Positions 1 through 12,214 are shown, counted from the whole stretch's first letter. The stretch is 63,721 nucleotides of DNA, filler included, from Octopus bimaculoides (GCF_001194135.2; 9 parts of 8 records of this genome joined end to end with filler, not necessarily neighbours in it); one strand, 5' to 3'. The notes: generated from the sequence alone by a model not told the origin. Translations and numbers: made by a program.

Positions 1-560
1 GCTGTGCCCAGTAAGGCTGCTTTTTGCAAGACATCAATCTTGCATGGGATTTCCAGTTGCCTTAAGAAGTCTTAATGTTTCAACGAGATTGAACCCAACG
101 CTCCGATCACCACTGGTATCACTTTTACATTACCCTCTTGCATTCCATACCGTCTTGCCATTTCCATTTTCAATTCGGAGTACTTCGTGATTTTTTTAAA
201 CCTCTTTACTCACAACATTCATGCCATTTGGTATGGCTACATCAATGATCTGACAGTATTAGTCTCTCTTACTCAATATGACAATATCCAGCCAACGGTG
301 TTCGATTACACGATCCATCTGAAAATCATAGTCCCAGAGTATCGTTACTTTTCCATCCTCCTGCATGAATATACATGGTACATGCTCATACCAGTTCTTT
401 GTTACTTCATATTGGTATTTACGGCATAAGGGCCTATGAAGATACACACACACTTAATCGTGACGTGATACCGGGGCAAAATGAAGCCCAGTATACCCAT
501 CATGACTACCCGTCTGATAAGGGTACACCAGGCACATGCATCACAACCATATGTGCGTGA
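1..560 (-). mobile_element. Decayed Dong/R4-clade non-LTR retrotransposon, C-terminal CCHC/restriction-like endonuclease region
   Basis: Minus-strand translation gives NWYEHVP...VTILWDYDFQMDRVIEHRWLDIVIL...IIDVAIP...KVIPVVIGALGS...DVLQKAALLGTA, with stops and frameshifts; typical of R4/Dong C-termini. Confidence 0.8.
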
Positions 561-982
561 CATGGTGATCTCATAAAATAAACAACGCATGACCTTGCAG
601 GTGGAGTCCAGTTAAAATTTTCTTCAGTTCGAGTAGCCCATTTTTCTCAAATAGTCCTTGAATAAGGGTTGTTTAAGGATGTTGAACGGAACGCCCTTGT
701 TTCCACAGGTGAATTATTCAAACCCCAAAGAATTCCTCTCAACACATGGCTATGGTGCTCCCCCAATACTTCCGCTCATGATCAGAGATTCACATATCGT
801 CAGCCACTAAGGGACATGCTCAACTGGTTATGGTCAAGCAACTGACAAACAAATCTGTGGTATTGAGCAGAATAGTTGCTATAGCCCATCTTTTATACCA
901 AGACAAAGCAACGTACATGATAACACCTCCAATCACTAAAGATCAGAAGCCATGAGAACCAGTGCCTGGTACTGCAGCAAGA

Positions 983-1048
<66 letters not shown>

Positions 1049-1479
1049 CTTCTTTGAATTCTGTTTCCATTTTTTGCCGAGTGTCTTCCTGACACCTAGG
1101 GCAGAGAAACGTCCTGTATACATTGGTAGGCCACTAAAGTAAACACACCAAATTGTTCATTTACAAAGTCCTGTGATAGAGAAAAAGGGAAGAAAGACAG
1201 AAAAAATAAAGAATAAAAAATATAAAAAAGTAAACAAAGAAAATAAAAGGGAAAATGGGAACGAAAATTCGCAGCGACAAAGCTCTTTTCATTACGTGTG
1301 ATGTACTAGTTAAGACAATCTTTTGCACTTCCTGTATGGACGGTAAGCCAAGAATGATTCTTAAATAATTTTCAGTTCGTTTTTTTTTTTTTTTATCATT
1401 CCAAGTGCTACTACAATCACTTGTATTTTAACCGTCTTGAGATGCCACATCTTTTCGATTTCGATGAGTATATCTTAAA

Positions 1480-2123
1480 ATTTTCTGAGCTTATCAAATT
1501 CTTATGCCAAGATATTATGGTCACAGGGTTTGCTTATGTCAATCAATAAACAGACTTTATTGTTTGCTTGCTTTGATGGTCCGGTCTGTACATACTGGGA
1601 AGTCCCAAAGAATAGTTACATTTTCTCCCTCAGTTACAGCCTCAGGGTGGTGCTTGTACTTTTTGTCAGCAGTTTTGATTTTATAATGCCGACACATTTT
1701 CCAGTGTATATATTGGCCAACTCTGCCATGTCCTGATTTGTACTGTACATATGCTAAAAACTTACATCGAGAGATTAGATGGTCCACTGTTTCTATCCCA
1801 TGGTTGCAGTATCGGCACTTTGTGTCTACACCATTTTTCATCACATTGGGTTGATAGTTCCGAGTCAATAAGCTCTGATCTTGGGCAACCAAGATAAAGC
1901 CCGCACTCTCTGCCTTTAGCCCTGAGCTCCGTAGCCACTGATGGGTTTGCTTCTTGTCTACATCAGCTTGTTTGCTACGGACCATATATTTGCCATGCAG
2001 AGGTTTTTGTTCCCACCTACCAGCCAAATTTTCAAACGCATTTTGCTTTGCTATTGATTTAACCTTCTTTGAAACTACAGTTGTTGCACTTCCATCATGC
2101 TGCTCAACCTGAGTATTATGCAT
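1480..2123 (-). mobile_element. Dong/R4-clade LINE fragment (zinc-knuckle region)
   Basis: ORF 1557-2123: LHGKY...WLRSSGLKAESAGFILVAQDQSLLTRNY...CRYCNHGIETVDHLISRC...YIHWKMC...YKHHPEAVTEGENVTILWDFPVCTDRTIKA. Confidence 0.9.
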
Positions 2124-2378
2124 AAGTTCACTTTTTTTGCTTTGTTAAGTCCATACTTATTGCAAAGTGTCCAATGATAGAGCTGCCGAATCTATTTATA
2201 GACCTGTGGAATTTAATCTCATCTATTCACCTAGCTGTTTCTTTTGCTCCTACTATTCCCTTAATTTCTCACATATTTATGATTATCTCAAATACAAGAC
2301 AAAAGTTGAAACTAAACAGCATTTAACAATAACTTTTAATAATAAATGGAAATAATAATAATGATAATAATAGTTGTG

Positions 2379-2410
<32 letters not shown>

Positions 2411-2500
2411 AATTTAGCCAAAACTCATGTCGGATCAAAGGAAATATTAACAATGACAAAAAGTAAAAAAATGAAAATTATATCAGTGATGATGATGATG

Positions 2501-2570
<70 letters not shown>

Positions 2571-2583
2571 TGATGATGATGAT

Positions 2584-2970
2584 AACCCGTACATACTGTC
2601 AAGGCTATAAAAGCTAATAAACCCCGTACATACTGACAAGGCTGCAAAAGCTAATAAACCGGATATTATTATAAAAGATCAGACAAAGAAGACGTGTTTA
2701 TTAATTGACATGAGTATTCCCTCTGATCATAATATAGCGGTGAAAGAATTTGACAAGATCAGTAAATATAAAGACTTGCTAATAGAAATTGAAAAAATGT
2801 GGCACCTCAAGGCGACTACCATGCCAGTGATTGTAGGATCTCTAGGAATGATAAAAAAAGGTACTGAAACCTATTTGAAAATGATACCAGGTTTACCATC
2901 CCTACAGGAAGTGCAAAAAATCGTGCTAACTGGAACGACTCATGTACTGAGAAGAGCATTATCGCTGTGA
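2584..2970 (+). mobile_element. 5'-truncated Dong/R4 LINE 3' end (REL endonuclease)
   Basis: ANKPDIIIKDQTKKTCLLIDMSIPSDHNIAVKEFDKISKYKDLLIEIEKMWHLKATTMPVIVGSLG...IVLTGTTHVLRRALSL; starts directly after a (TAA/TGA)n tract, with a ~37-bp tandem duplication at its 5' end. Confidence 0.9.
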
Positions 2971-3000
2971 AAACAACATCCATTCATGAANNNNNNNNNN

Positions 3001-3345
3001 GGAAAAACTTTCAAAATACAAAGACCTGGAAATAGAGGTAACTCGAATGTGGAGCCTAAAAACAGAAACAATTCCTATCATAGTAGGCGCCTTAGGTATG
3101 ATAAAAAATATTCAGACAAATACATAACAAAAACACCAGGACTTACAAATATATATAACATACAGAAAATTGCACTACTGGGCACTGCACACCTCCTACG
3201 CAAAACACTTTCAATACAGTAACCATAAGAGCATCCCAGAAAACCACAGCACATACCCAAGGCGCACAGAGCTGCGCTCGGTAGTGAAGTGAAAGCACGT
3301 TATAAAAATAAAACTACTGGATAATAATAATAATAATAATAATGA
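3001..3345 (+). mobile_element. Dong/R4 LINE 3' end with 3' UTR and (TAA)n tail
   Basis: EKLSKYKDLEIEVTRMWSLKTETIPIIVGALG..., then IQKIALLGTAHLLRKTLSIQ*; ends in (TAA)n; 3001-3039 is identical to the end of the 53.8-kb copy. Confidence 0.9.
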
Positions 3346-3459
3346 TGAAAGAAACGGTTGAAATCTCCCTATGCGCTGATTGATGAAACATTTAGTGATG
3401 GTGTCACAATAAAGACACTGCTAATTGCGCAACCTGATAATCACTACCTCATATAAGCA

Positions 3460-3950
3460 ACAATGAAAAAACAAAATATTGTGGTAATGAAGCTCAGAAA
3501 CACTGGTCCGACTCCAGTCTGTCGTTATCCAGCAAGGGACCAGCACACTTGGCGTAGAAGGAACAAACAAGTCAAGGCTGTGGTCATGAAGTGTTACTAC
3601 TTGAACAACGCCGTAGACGAAAATGGTGTTCACCTTAGGGGATACCGACAACGTATGTATGATCGATGGAGAGAAAGGGGATAGTTTCAACTCACGGAAC
3701 AGAGATTATGTGATCAAGCTAGAGAAATAACAAAAAAATCTTTGGTTCACAGAAGTTGAGCTCGAAGCTAACAAAAGACGGGTATTGGAAAACAGCAGCT
3801 GATAAAAGTAATCTCATAGCAGAAAACAGAGGTGAAGTCACTAATAAACCACAGGAAAGGAACAGTGATAGCTTGCTCGAGGAGAGACATATGGATGGTT
3901 TGGAAGAAGACAATAAAACTAATGGTGACATGACATGAGCAAAAGGCAAT
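3460..3950 (+). mobile_element. N-terminal region of a Dong/R4-clade ORF (decayed)
   Basis: WRRRNKQVKAVVMKCYYL...GYRQRMYDRWRERG*FQLTEQRLCDQAREI..LWFTEVELE matches the characteristic R4/Dong N-terminal segment (GYRxRM...W...TEQRLxDQAR). Confidence 0.75.
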
Positions 3951-3994
3951 CTACGACAGAATAAAGACAAGGCTACAAAAGAACGATAGCCACA

Positions 3995-4086
3995 TTCTTC
4001 TTCTTCTTCTTCTTCTTCTTCTTCTTCTTCTTCTTCTTCTTCTTCTTCTTCTTCTTCTTCTTCTTCTTCTTCTTCTTCTTCTTCTT

Positions 4087-4117
<31 letters not shown>

Positions 4118-4144
4118 TTCTTCTTCTTCTTCTTCTTCTTCTTC
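3995..4144. repeat. (CTT/GAA)n microsatellite, ~50 units, forming the tail of the adjacent minus-strand LINE
   Basis: Directly visible near-perfect trinucleotide run. Confidence 0.97.
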
Positions 4145-4149
4145 TACAC

Positions 4150-5000
4150 AACAAATTAGACTGTTGGAAAAGAAAATCTCCTAACATCAGGCTACTAGTA
4201 ACCTTAGATGCCAAGAACCCTCCTAAGTATTTTAGCTGTCCCTCATAACACTGTTTTCTGGAACTGTACTAAACTGGGGTTTATGCCTATTTCTTCTATC
4301 CATCTGTTCAAATTTTTAGGGATAGTTTTAGGGATATAACTACTAAGATGCATTTTACCCGCACTTTCCATAGACTCCGTGATTCAATGGTTATGACCGA
4401 GTACTTTGCTATTTTTTCTATATCTCTCATATTGATTCTTTCATTATTTGGGACTGTAAAGCCAATTATCTGGCACCTTCTATTCGCTTTATCTACTACT
4501 ACTAAATCAAGCCTTCTAGCTTCTATTACTCTGCCAGTATGAATGTTATAGTTCTACAATATTTTATATTTTTTACTTTCTTGTTCTTTACTAGGTTCAT
4601 GTTCATACCATTCATCAGTATGCGCAGATCCTAGCTTTCTACATAATTTCCAGTGGATTACTCTCCCTGGGTTGTCATGTCTTCTCTTATATTCTTTCTA
4701 TGCCAGAATGCTACATTCATCTTCTATATGAGTAACGCTTTCCTCTTTTGATTTGCATAATCTACATTGAGAATCTACTTGATTTTTTTGTCCATCTTGG
4801 CTTTTATCCAATTAGTCCTTAATGCTTGATCTTGTCCTGTTACTAACAAAATTTCTCTCTCCCCTTTCAGCCTTACCTTCAACAACCATAACCATATCTC
4901 ACTGCTACTATTTGCTGCAACTATCTTTCAGAATCCACTGTGTAACACCTTCGTCTGCCAGTTAGATAACTTCTGTTCTTTTTTCTTGGTTCTAGCTTCG
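4150..5000 (-). mobile_element. Heavily decayed Dong/R4 LINE 3' portion
   Basis: Minus-strand remnants TDEWYEHEPSKEQES and PSLVQFQKTVL*GTAKILRRVLGI*; 3' end runs into (GAA)n. Confidence 0.7.
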
Positions 5001-6729
5001 TTTGAGTTTTTGGTTTCCCTATGTCTTGCTGTGACTCTGGCAGTTTTTAATAAACTTCCTTCACTCTTACCTACATCGGAGTCTATATATACTTCTAACT
5101 GACTCTAGACGTATATATAGGAGTCTATATATACTCTAGCTGATTCCAGAAGTCACTTCCACCTTCCTTTCTAGGTAAGTATAATCTTTCTACACCTGCC
5201 CTTTGGGTGGAGTCCTCTATTCGTATTGAATTCTTTCCTAGTTGGCGACCAAAAACGTTTTCAGTTTTATTTTATTTTTATGTGTTATATTTTTACTGGA
5301 AATATTTCAAAGAGTGCATAAAGTCTTTAGAATATTTGTTTTGCAGCGGTGACAAGTACAAACCATTAGATTCAGTAAATATATATTTGATTTATTCTTT
5401 CTGAAACTAGGTGTGAACATTACCAAAGAAGTCGTTACAAAGAATAATAATAGCATGAGCCTAACTATCCGTAGTAGCATTATTGATTGTGAAATGATCT
5501 TTCAGGTGAAAGTTTAGAATGTCTATGCAATAGATTTTGACATGTAAATGGGTGGTTGTTTTTACAAACGTACAGTTTATGCAAATGGTCAGTTAATGGT
5601 TATATCACTTTACGCATCAAAGTTAAATAAACGAGTGGATACCGTAGTTTGATAACTAGATTGTATGTGTTGGCTTAAAGTTGCTGTTGGAGTTTCTTTA
5701 TATTGCAGAATGACTACCCGACTCCTACAGAGTTCCACACTTACAGACAGCTAAAATTTCAGAATACGTCTTGAAATCCTGCCCTTTCAGAAATTCAGGT
5801 GAATTTTAATTATGTTAAAGAGAAAATCAAGATACGCATATTTGTATGTAATTTTCTTTCAGAAATAATGTATATTTAATCTCTATGTCGTACTATTTAC
5901 AATAGATTCCTCTTCTATCACCGACGTTATTATTATATGCAAACAATAAAAATCCATTTTCTCATGTGTGCTGAAATTTTTCAAGCTCAAATTATTAATG
6001 AATTAATTTATTCTTGTGGGGCTGTAAACGATGGATTTGGTGTCTGTAACCGATGAAACGTAACCTGCAGAAACACACGTCTGATAGCCCAAAGTATTCA
6101 TTCAAAACCGGCTCAATGTTTTCACACACACTGCCTTTAAAGGTCCCCGCGACGAAAATCGTATCACGTTTACATGTACACGAATCAGATGAAAGTTATG
6201 CGCACGTTTGTATTTCAACTGTTACTTAGTGTATTTTTTAATTAATTCTAGCTTGACGAGGCTTAGAACACGCCAGCCATTTTGTGTGTGTGTGTGTGTG
6301 TGTGTTTATTTAACAATGGCAGTTATTAGTGTGCTAACTGAAGCGGTGTCTAACTGATGAATCTTAATGGCGCAGAAACATATGTCATTCATGATCTAGC
6401 TTGTTTTCACACAGTCTATAAAAAATTTCACTTTAAAGGTATATGTCACAGCAAAGCTTTTTTCACATATGACTGTACACGAACTTATTAAATGCATATT
6501 TTATCATAATCATCATTACTTGATGCGCTTTTAATTAACCAATTCATTTCATTTTCAGCCATTTTACCCTGCCAACAACTGATTATCATCCTCACTTTTA
6601 ACATTTCAGATACAGTTAAATACCAGTCGAGTCGTATATATCCACCTTTTGACGACCGTATGATTCTCTTCCTCCTCCGTTCATAGTCCGTAGAACCAGA
6701 TCTAATATCGATTTTTGTACGTTCATACA

Positions 6730-6776
6730 TCAGAAATACAACAGCCCTTTTAAAAGAATGCTTTTGCTTTCAACAT
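6730..6776 (-). CDS. Putative last coding exon of an unidentified minus-strand gene ((D)VESKSILLKGLLYF*)
   Basis: Acceptor cttttgcag|; phase-1 start matches the 7852-7927 exon (AAA G|AT = Asp); TGA at 6730-6732. Confidence 0.45.
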
Positions 6777-7509
6777 CTGCAAAGCTTTTGACCATTTCTC
6801 GTATGAAGATTGCCTAGCTACGTAGTTTATCTATAAGCTTTATTTACTGTAATTTAATTTCCCGTCAAATGAATTTTACTACAACGTGTACCGGCGCTAT
6901 TACAGACATGAGGAAGAGATGAATAAAACAATGTAAAGAAAGAAAAATCTTCAGTAACATGAATGAACAACATTCCGATGTTAATTACTATGTATGACAT
7001 TCGGAAAACGATTTACACATTGGGAATCAATATATTGTTTCTATTATTGTAAATAAGACGATCACAATGACACCAACAGACCAGAAACAAATCACGCACA
7101 AGTAATTGAAATAAATATATTTGCGCAATAAATATAAACACTTACTAAACTATAGACATAAACAATTGCTAAAACAATATGCAATTGATAACAATTGTTA
7201 TGTTTCCCTCGGACTGACTCGCAGAGATAACATAACGAGTTATACAATTTAATTATTACATTTATTGTTCAATTACATACAAAGAACGCACTCACCCAAT
7301 GTTCGTTATATATAAACAAAAGTCATGTCCGCCATATATATATCAATGACATTTTACTACGACAGTCCCACAAGACAACAACAATGAAACAATGAACTCA
7401 GACGAACCACATGACACACGGAACGTCAGACGAATTACATATCTAACAGTCCATATAACAACAATNNNNNNNNNNNNNNNNNNNNNNNNNNNNNNNNNNN
7501 NNNNNNNNN

Positions 7510-7521
7510 TTAATTAATTAA
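7510..7521. other. Assembly gap marker TTAATTAATTAA embedded in N runs (also at 11976, ~25187, ~35399, ~39224, ~52787, ~61010, ~62419)
   Basis: Identical 12-mer with stops in all six frames, always centred in N tracts. Confidence 0.95.
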
Positions 7522-7851
7522 NNNNNNNNNNNNNNNNNNNNNNNNNNNNNNNNNNNNNNNNNNNNGTAGCTGCTGTGATTGTTCAATTCAGCTTTATGGT
7601 GCAATCAATAATCAGAAGCAGCTTAAGATACTTCCTTTGAGGTTCAAAAAACGGTCATATGATTAATAACAATTTAATGCCAAGGCAGGATCACATGGCT
7701 GATAACATTTTAGTACCAAGAGAATTGAACAAAGCTGATTGATTGCTAATAACTACCAATATGTTTATGTATGTGTTTGTGCATGCAAGACAGCAGTGAA
7801 AAATGTGGAAGACATAAGGAACATAATGCTACAACTTTGAAATAAGTTTAC

Positions 7852-7927
7852 CTTTGATATAGAACTTAACTTGGATCTTTTTTGGTTTGGTTGCCAGTGG
7901 TTCCAAAAATTGAAGTTTACCAAAAAT
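7852..7927 (-). CDS. Putative internal exon of the minus-strand gene (IFGKLQFLEPLATKPKKIQVKFYIK)
   Basis: ttttaag| acceptor, AAAG|gtaaac donor; 76 nt, open; preceded by a 96-nt GT-AG intron with a CTAAT branch-like site. Confidence 0.6.
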
Positions 7928-8023
7928 CTTAAAATTTGGCACAATAATACATTAGCCGAAACTAAATTTCCAGTAAAATGTTTTTAAAAAGTTTTAAAGG
8001 TTTAAAGTTTGATCCATTTTTAC

Positions 8024-8089
8024 CCAGTCAGGAAACAGGATTTGGAAGCTGTCATTTTGTGCATGACTGCACATTTTGTCATCAACATC
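8024..8089 (-). CDS. Putative internal exon of the minus-strand gene (DVDDKMCSHAQNDSFQILFPDW)
   Basis: tattttcag| acceptor, TGG|gtaaaa donor; 66 nt, phase 0-0, in frame with the next exon. Confidence 0.6.
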
Positions 8090-8639
8090 CTGAAAATAGC
8101 ACATTGTCAATATTTGTAAACAACACATTATGTCTCCAGTAATTTTCTTTCATGTAAATAAATTTTATTTAGTTGTTATTTTTAGCACACTTCACAACCA
8201 CTTCAATGCTCAATGATAAAAAGAAACAAACATTAAACAAACAATTTAAATATGTTTAATTACAATTTAAATATGCTTAAAAAACAAATATTTAAGCATT
8301 CAATATGCATTTAATGCAAATGTGATGGACAACATGCTACATGCGATAAACACATTACAATTTTTAACAGAAAGATTTGGAAGAATTAGATGAAAGTTCT
8401 CTGGTAATTTTCTTCCATGTAGATAAATGACTATATTAATTTTAAAATTTGCCAGCAAAATCTTATAAAATGACAATGTTTCAAAAGATGTACATGTTTG
8501 TATGTTATATGTGAAATTAAGACTGAACAAAATATGCTTAAAAAACAAACATTTAAGCATGCAATAAGCAACACATTATAAAATATTTTTAAAATTGAAA
8601 TTGAAAGTTAGAAATGCATTCAATTAATTTTTCAAACAA

Positions 8640-9460
8640 ATCACAATTTTCATACCTCCTGTGCCACATAAATTTACAGAGATATGAATCTATCATAGAA
8701 TGGTGAGTGCCACAGTGTCATTTATTACCTTGCTTCACAGGGGCCCATGCACTCTCCACTTGTTGAGTGTAGGTACCATCTTTCAGGTTAACAAACCTAA
8801 CGTTGTGATTCACCATTCTATGCTCAAAATTGTAGCCATCAATTTCAGGAATGTGAGAGTACACCCTCCACAAATCACTGAAAATTGTGGTTCTTGGAAG
8901 AATTGAATGATGTATGTTTTCTTCCAGTGTGTCACGATTTCAACATGGGGCTGCATACAGAAAAACCTGTCTGGTCTCATGACACACTCCTCTGAAAACC
9001 CACTGCTCAGGTAGGACCCTTCCTCAGTTGTACTTGCGTCTTGAGAAGACTGTTTCATCAATCTCAACAATCTTCCCAGGACCACCAACTTGAATTGGAT
9101 AACGGAGCAAGTCCTCTGCACATATTTCTGTAACATAGTTGTTGTAGTCAACAACTGTGCAATGGTTCATCCATAGTTCTTCAACACAAAACTGGACTGA
9201 AGTCAATTCCTTAACCCATGAGTAAAGGAAGAGCACTGCAGTCCTAAGAGGAAGGGTCCCACCTTCAAACCATGTGTCTCTCCTCACCGACACAGACTCC
9301 ATACATTCTCAGCGTGAGCATTGCCAGTAAATGTTCCTACCACGTCTTTTAGTACACATAACATGTCTTGTTTTACATAATTTTCTTTGGGGTATAATAC
9401 CTTTTTCTTGAAGATACAACACAATATCCTCCTCTGTTTACAATTTTTCCATCATAGAAG
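8640..9460 (-). mobile_element. Merlin (IS1016/IS1595-like) DDE transposase relic
   Basis: VSVRRDTWFEGGTLPL...GGPGKIVEIDETVFSRRKYN, then frameshifted GRVLPEQWVFRGVCHETRQVFLYA...TTIFSDLWRVY...HRMVNHNVRFVN...TQQVESAW...SYLCKFMW; TIRs not identified. Confidence 0.88.
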
Positions 9461-11019
9461 CAAAGTTACTGGAGCTTGCTGCCATAATCACACAAATAAT
9501 CAACATGTGCTTCCTCGCAGATAAAAGACTTTTCAAAGACTGCTGTCAACACATGCTTCCTCACAAACTTTTCCTATAGCAACAGGCAAAAGAGTTCTCA
9601 TGTTTCCACTTGTTACTATTGAAACAGACACGAATGTGTCTGTGGCTTACAATTAGCTAAAAGTACCAAAGCTTTCAAATTTTAATTACTAATAACTCTT
9701 TATTTATTGATTTATAGCGAAAATTACTTTCACGTCATTAATTAGCTCATAAAAGTGTATCATTAGACTGAATATGAAATCAATTCAAACAGAAAATTGA
9801 TGCTGGCAGCTACTGGCAACTAAACAGAAAAGATCCCTTAATTTTTCTTGAAAACAGTGAAAGAAATCAAATCAGAAGAAATATTGAATGGATTTTAGTT
9901 AACATTTTATTTAAAAATAACTACAAATAGATTTAAAACATAAATCTTTTATGATTTTAGTATAAATAGGGAGTAACATGGTTTGTAATAGATGTAAACT
10001 GGGATAAAGAATACTAATAAAACAAGATTTTATTTCACTCAAAATCTAAACTATAAGCAATAAATATAACAACTAAATATATTTATGAAGAATAGAGTAC
10101 ATATTTCAAAACATAACAATTATGGGTACTAAAGGAGCATATATGCATTATCTTATAAGTTCAGCAAACAGTAAAAAAACTGGTGCTCTTGGAGTGAAGT
10201 CCTTTGTTAGAACAAAACAAATAACAATATTGTTATCAAATTGCGATATAAAATAAACTAAATAATTCAACTTAATACAGAATACTACAGATACATTTAA
10301 GGGGTCTATTACTGAAAAGGATTAAAAATACCATTCGACAGTATTTTAAGGGAAATATTAAATTTTCATAATTCTAAAGAGTTGATACATGAGGGGTGAG
10401 GAGTGCTTCATCTGCATTCTAATTTGAAACCACCCATTTGTGAAGTTCTCCAGAAAGAATAGTTATGTCTTAAGATCAAAACAGTAATTCAAGATAAGTT
10501 GTGTTTGACACTTTTATAATGCATAAACAAATTACCACAAATTGGAATGTTTGTTTTTTGACATGAAGCATGTTGGAATACATAGGAATTAAGAAATAAC
10601 AGCCATGCCTTTCTTACTGCTAATAAGCATTAGTTCCCTTCCCAAATAAAATCCTCCTGCTTGCAACCATTATTCTATCTTCTAGATATTGTTTTTGGTG
10701 GTGAATTGTCAATGTCAATTAAATTTTGTCTATGTTGGGTGTCAGTTCTATAAGTATAATTAAATAATTTTGAATACGTGTGATGTTTATATGGCTTATC
10801 TGCCTACTTTTACTAAAGATTTTAAAGTAATATTGTGAAGTACATAAAAGTAACCACATCTAGAATGGCTAGTACAAACAAAAGACTAACAAATGAATTT
10901 TCCCCAGGATGCCTTCTGCATAAAGAACTTGTTAATTATGGAGTTCTATATTGAAGAGATGAGGAATTATGTACATTATTTACATTTGACAGATATTTGT
11001 CCTCATCTTGTTTGTTCTT

Positions 11020-11066
11020 AACACAACGTTTCGGCTGATATACCCTCCAGCTTTCATCAGGTGTCT
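11020..11066 (-). ncRNA. Minimal type I hammerhead-ribozyme motif (Penelope/retrozyme style)
   Basis: Minus strand: GACAC-CUGAUGA-A-AGCUG(gagggUAUAU)CAGCC-GAAA-CG-UU-GUGUU; stem I GACAC/GUGUU, stem II GCUG/CAGC, palindromic stem III AACGUU. Confidence 0.7.
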
Positions 11067-11100
11067 TGGGGAAATTTCGAACTTGGGTTCTCATTCCTAA

Positions 11101-11144
<44 letters not shown>

Positions 11145-11145
11145 T

Positions 11146-11296
11146 ATTCAGGTCACTACCTGAAATTGAACTCGGAATCTTGGGGTTAGTAGCCTGTGCT
11201 CTTAACCACTACGTCCATGGGCATATAGCATAGTGGTTAAGAGCGCAGGCTACTAACCCCAACATTCCAAGTTCAATTCCAGGCAGTGACCTGAAT
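11146..11296. repeat. Head-to-head inverted pair of tRNA-like SINE heads (66-bp arms, 19-nt spacer)
   Basis: 11146-11211 is the near reverse complement of 11231-11296; A-box TAGCATAGTGG and B-box GTTCAATTCC are visible; both outer ends run into (TAA)n. Confidence 0.85.
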
Positions 11297-11633
11297 CGGG
11301 GACCCCCTTCAATCATAAATGACCATTGGATTGCACCTACAAAGTTACCCTCCGAGGCACAAGTCTGGGCAAGGTTGTTTATGGAAGACTTGCAGTTGCC
11401 CATGCATACCAGCCTCCTCTCTCTACACTACCAATGTTATCCAAGGGAAAGGCAAAGGTCGATACAGCTTGGCACCAGTGATATCACAACTCATTTCTAC
11501 AGCTGAGTGAACTGAAGCAATATGAAATAAAGTGTCTTGCTCAAGAACACAACTCGCAGCCCAGTCAGGGAATCAAACTTACAACCTCATGATCGTAAGC
11601 TCAATGCTCTAGCCACTGAGCCATGCACCTTCA
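11296..11633 (-). mobile_element. tRNA-derived SINE with a 12-bp target-site duplication
   Basis: Flanked by CAGTGACCTGAA at 11284-11295 and 11634-11645; tRNA-like head plus GTGTTCTTGAGCAAGACACTT core; homologous copy at 43395-43790. Confidence 0.85.
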
Positions 11634-11646
11634 CAGTGACCTGAAA

Positions 11647-11689
<43 letters not shown>

Positions 11690-12031
11690 GCGTAACATTT
11701 CCGGCAAAAACGAAGTAAACAAAAAACAACAAACCCAGACCGTAGAGATGTATAATAGTGTACAAAAAGCACCATTCCAGAACACCACAGACAAACATAT
11801 GAATGAAAAGGAAGGCAAAACAAATCTAAAGCCTGGGAATAACGAAGGGAAACCTAATAATTACGATACTATGAAAATGAGAATAACCAAAGAACTGAAA
11901 ACCACAGATCTTAGAATGGACCACAGATTATNNNNNNNNNNNNNNNNNNNNNNNNNNNNNNNNNNNNNNNNNNNNTTAATTAATTAANNNNNNNNNNNNN
12001 NNNNNNNNNNNNNNNNNNNNNNNNNNNNNNN

Positions 12032-12127
<96 letters not shown>

Positions 12128-12214
12128 ATATATATACATATGTCCCACTGCGTGGCACCTTGGGCAACTGACTTGTACTATAGCCTCGGGACGATCAAAG
12201 ACCTGTGAGTGGAT

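Noticed and set aside
5709-5798. Plus-strand 90-nt segment with good AG/GT boundaries
   Set aside because: Stops in all three frames and no partner coding exon; at most a non-coding exon, unsupported without RNA data.
6134-6435. Possible TTAA-flanked (Kolobok/piggyBac-like) MITE starting TTAAAGGTCCCCGCGACG
   Set aside because: No matching inverted terminus could be found.
7510-7521. Recurrent TTAATTAATTAA 12-mer at eight sites
   Set aside because: Always centred inside N runs, with stops in all six frames: an assembly or scaffolding spacer, not biology.
11146-11296. tRNA genes
   Set aside because: A/B boxes are present but the anticodon stem is mispaired and there is no acceptor stem; these are SINE heads.
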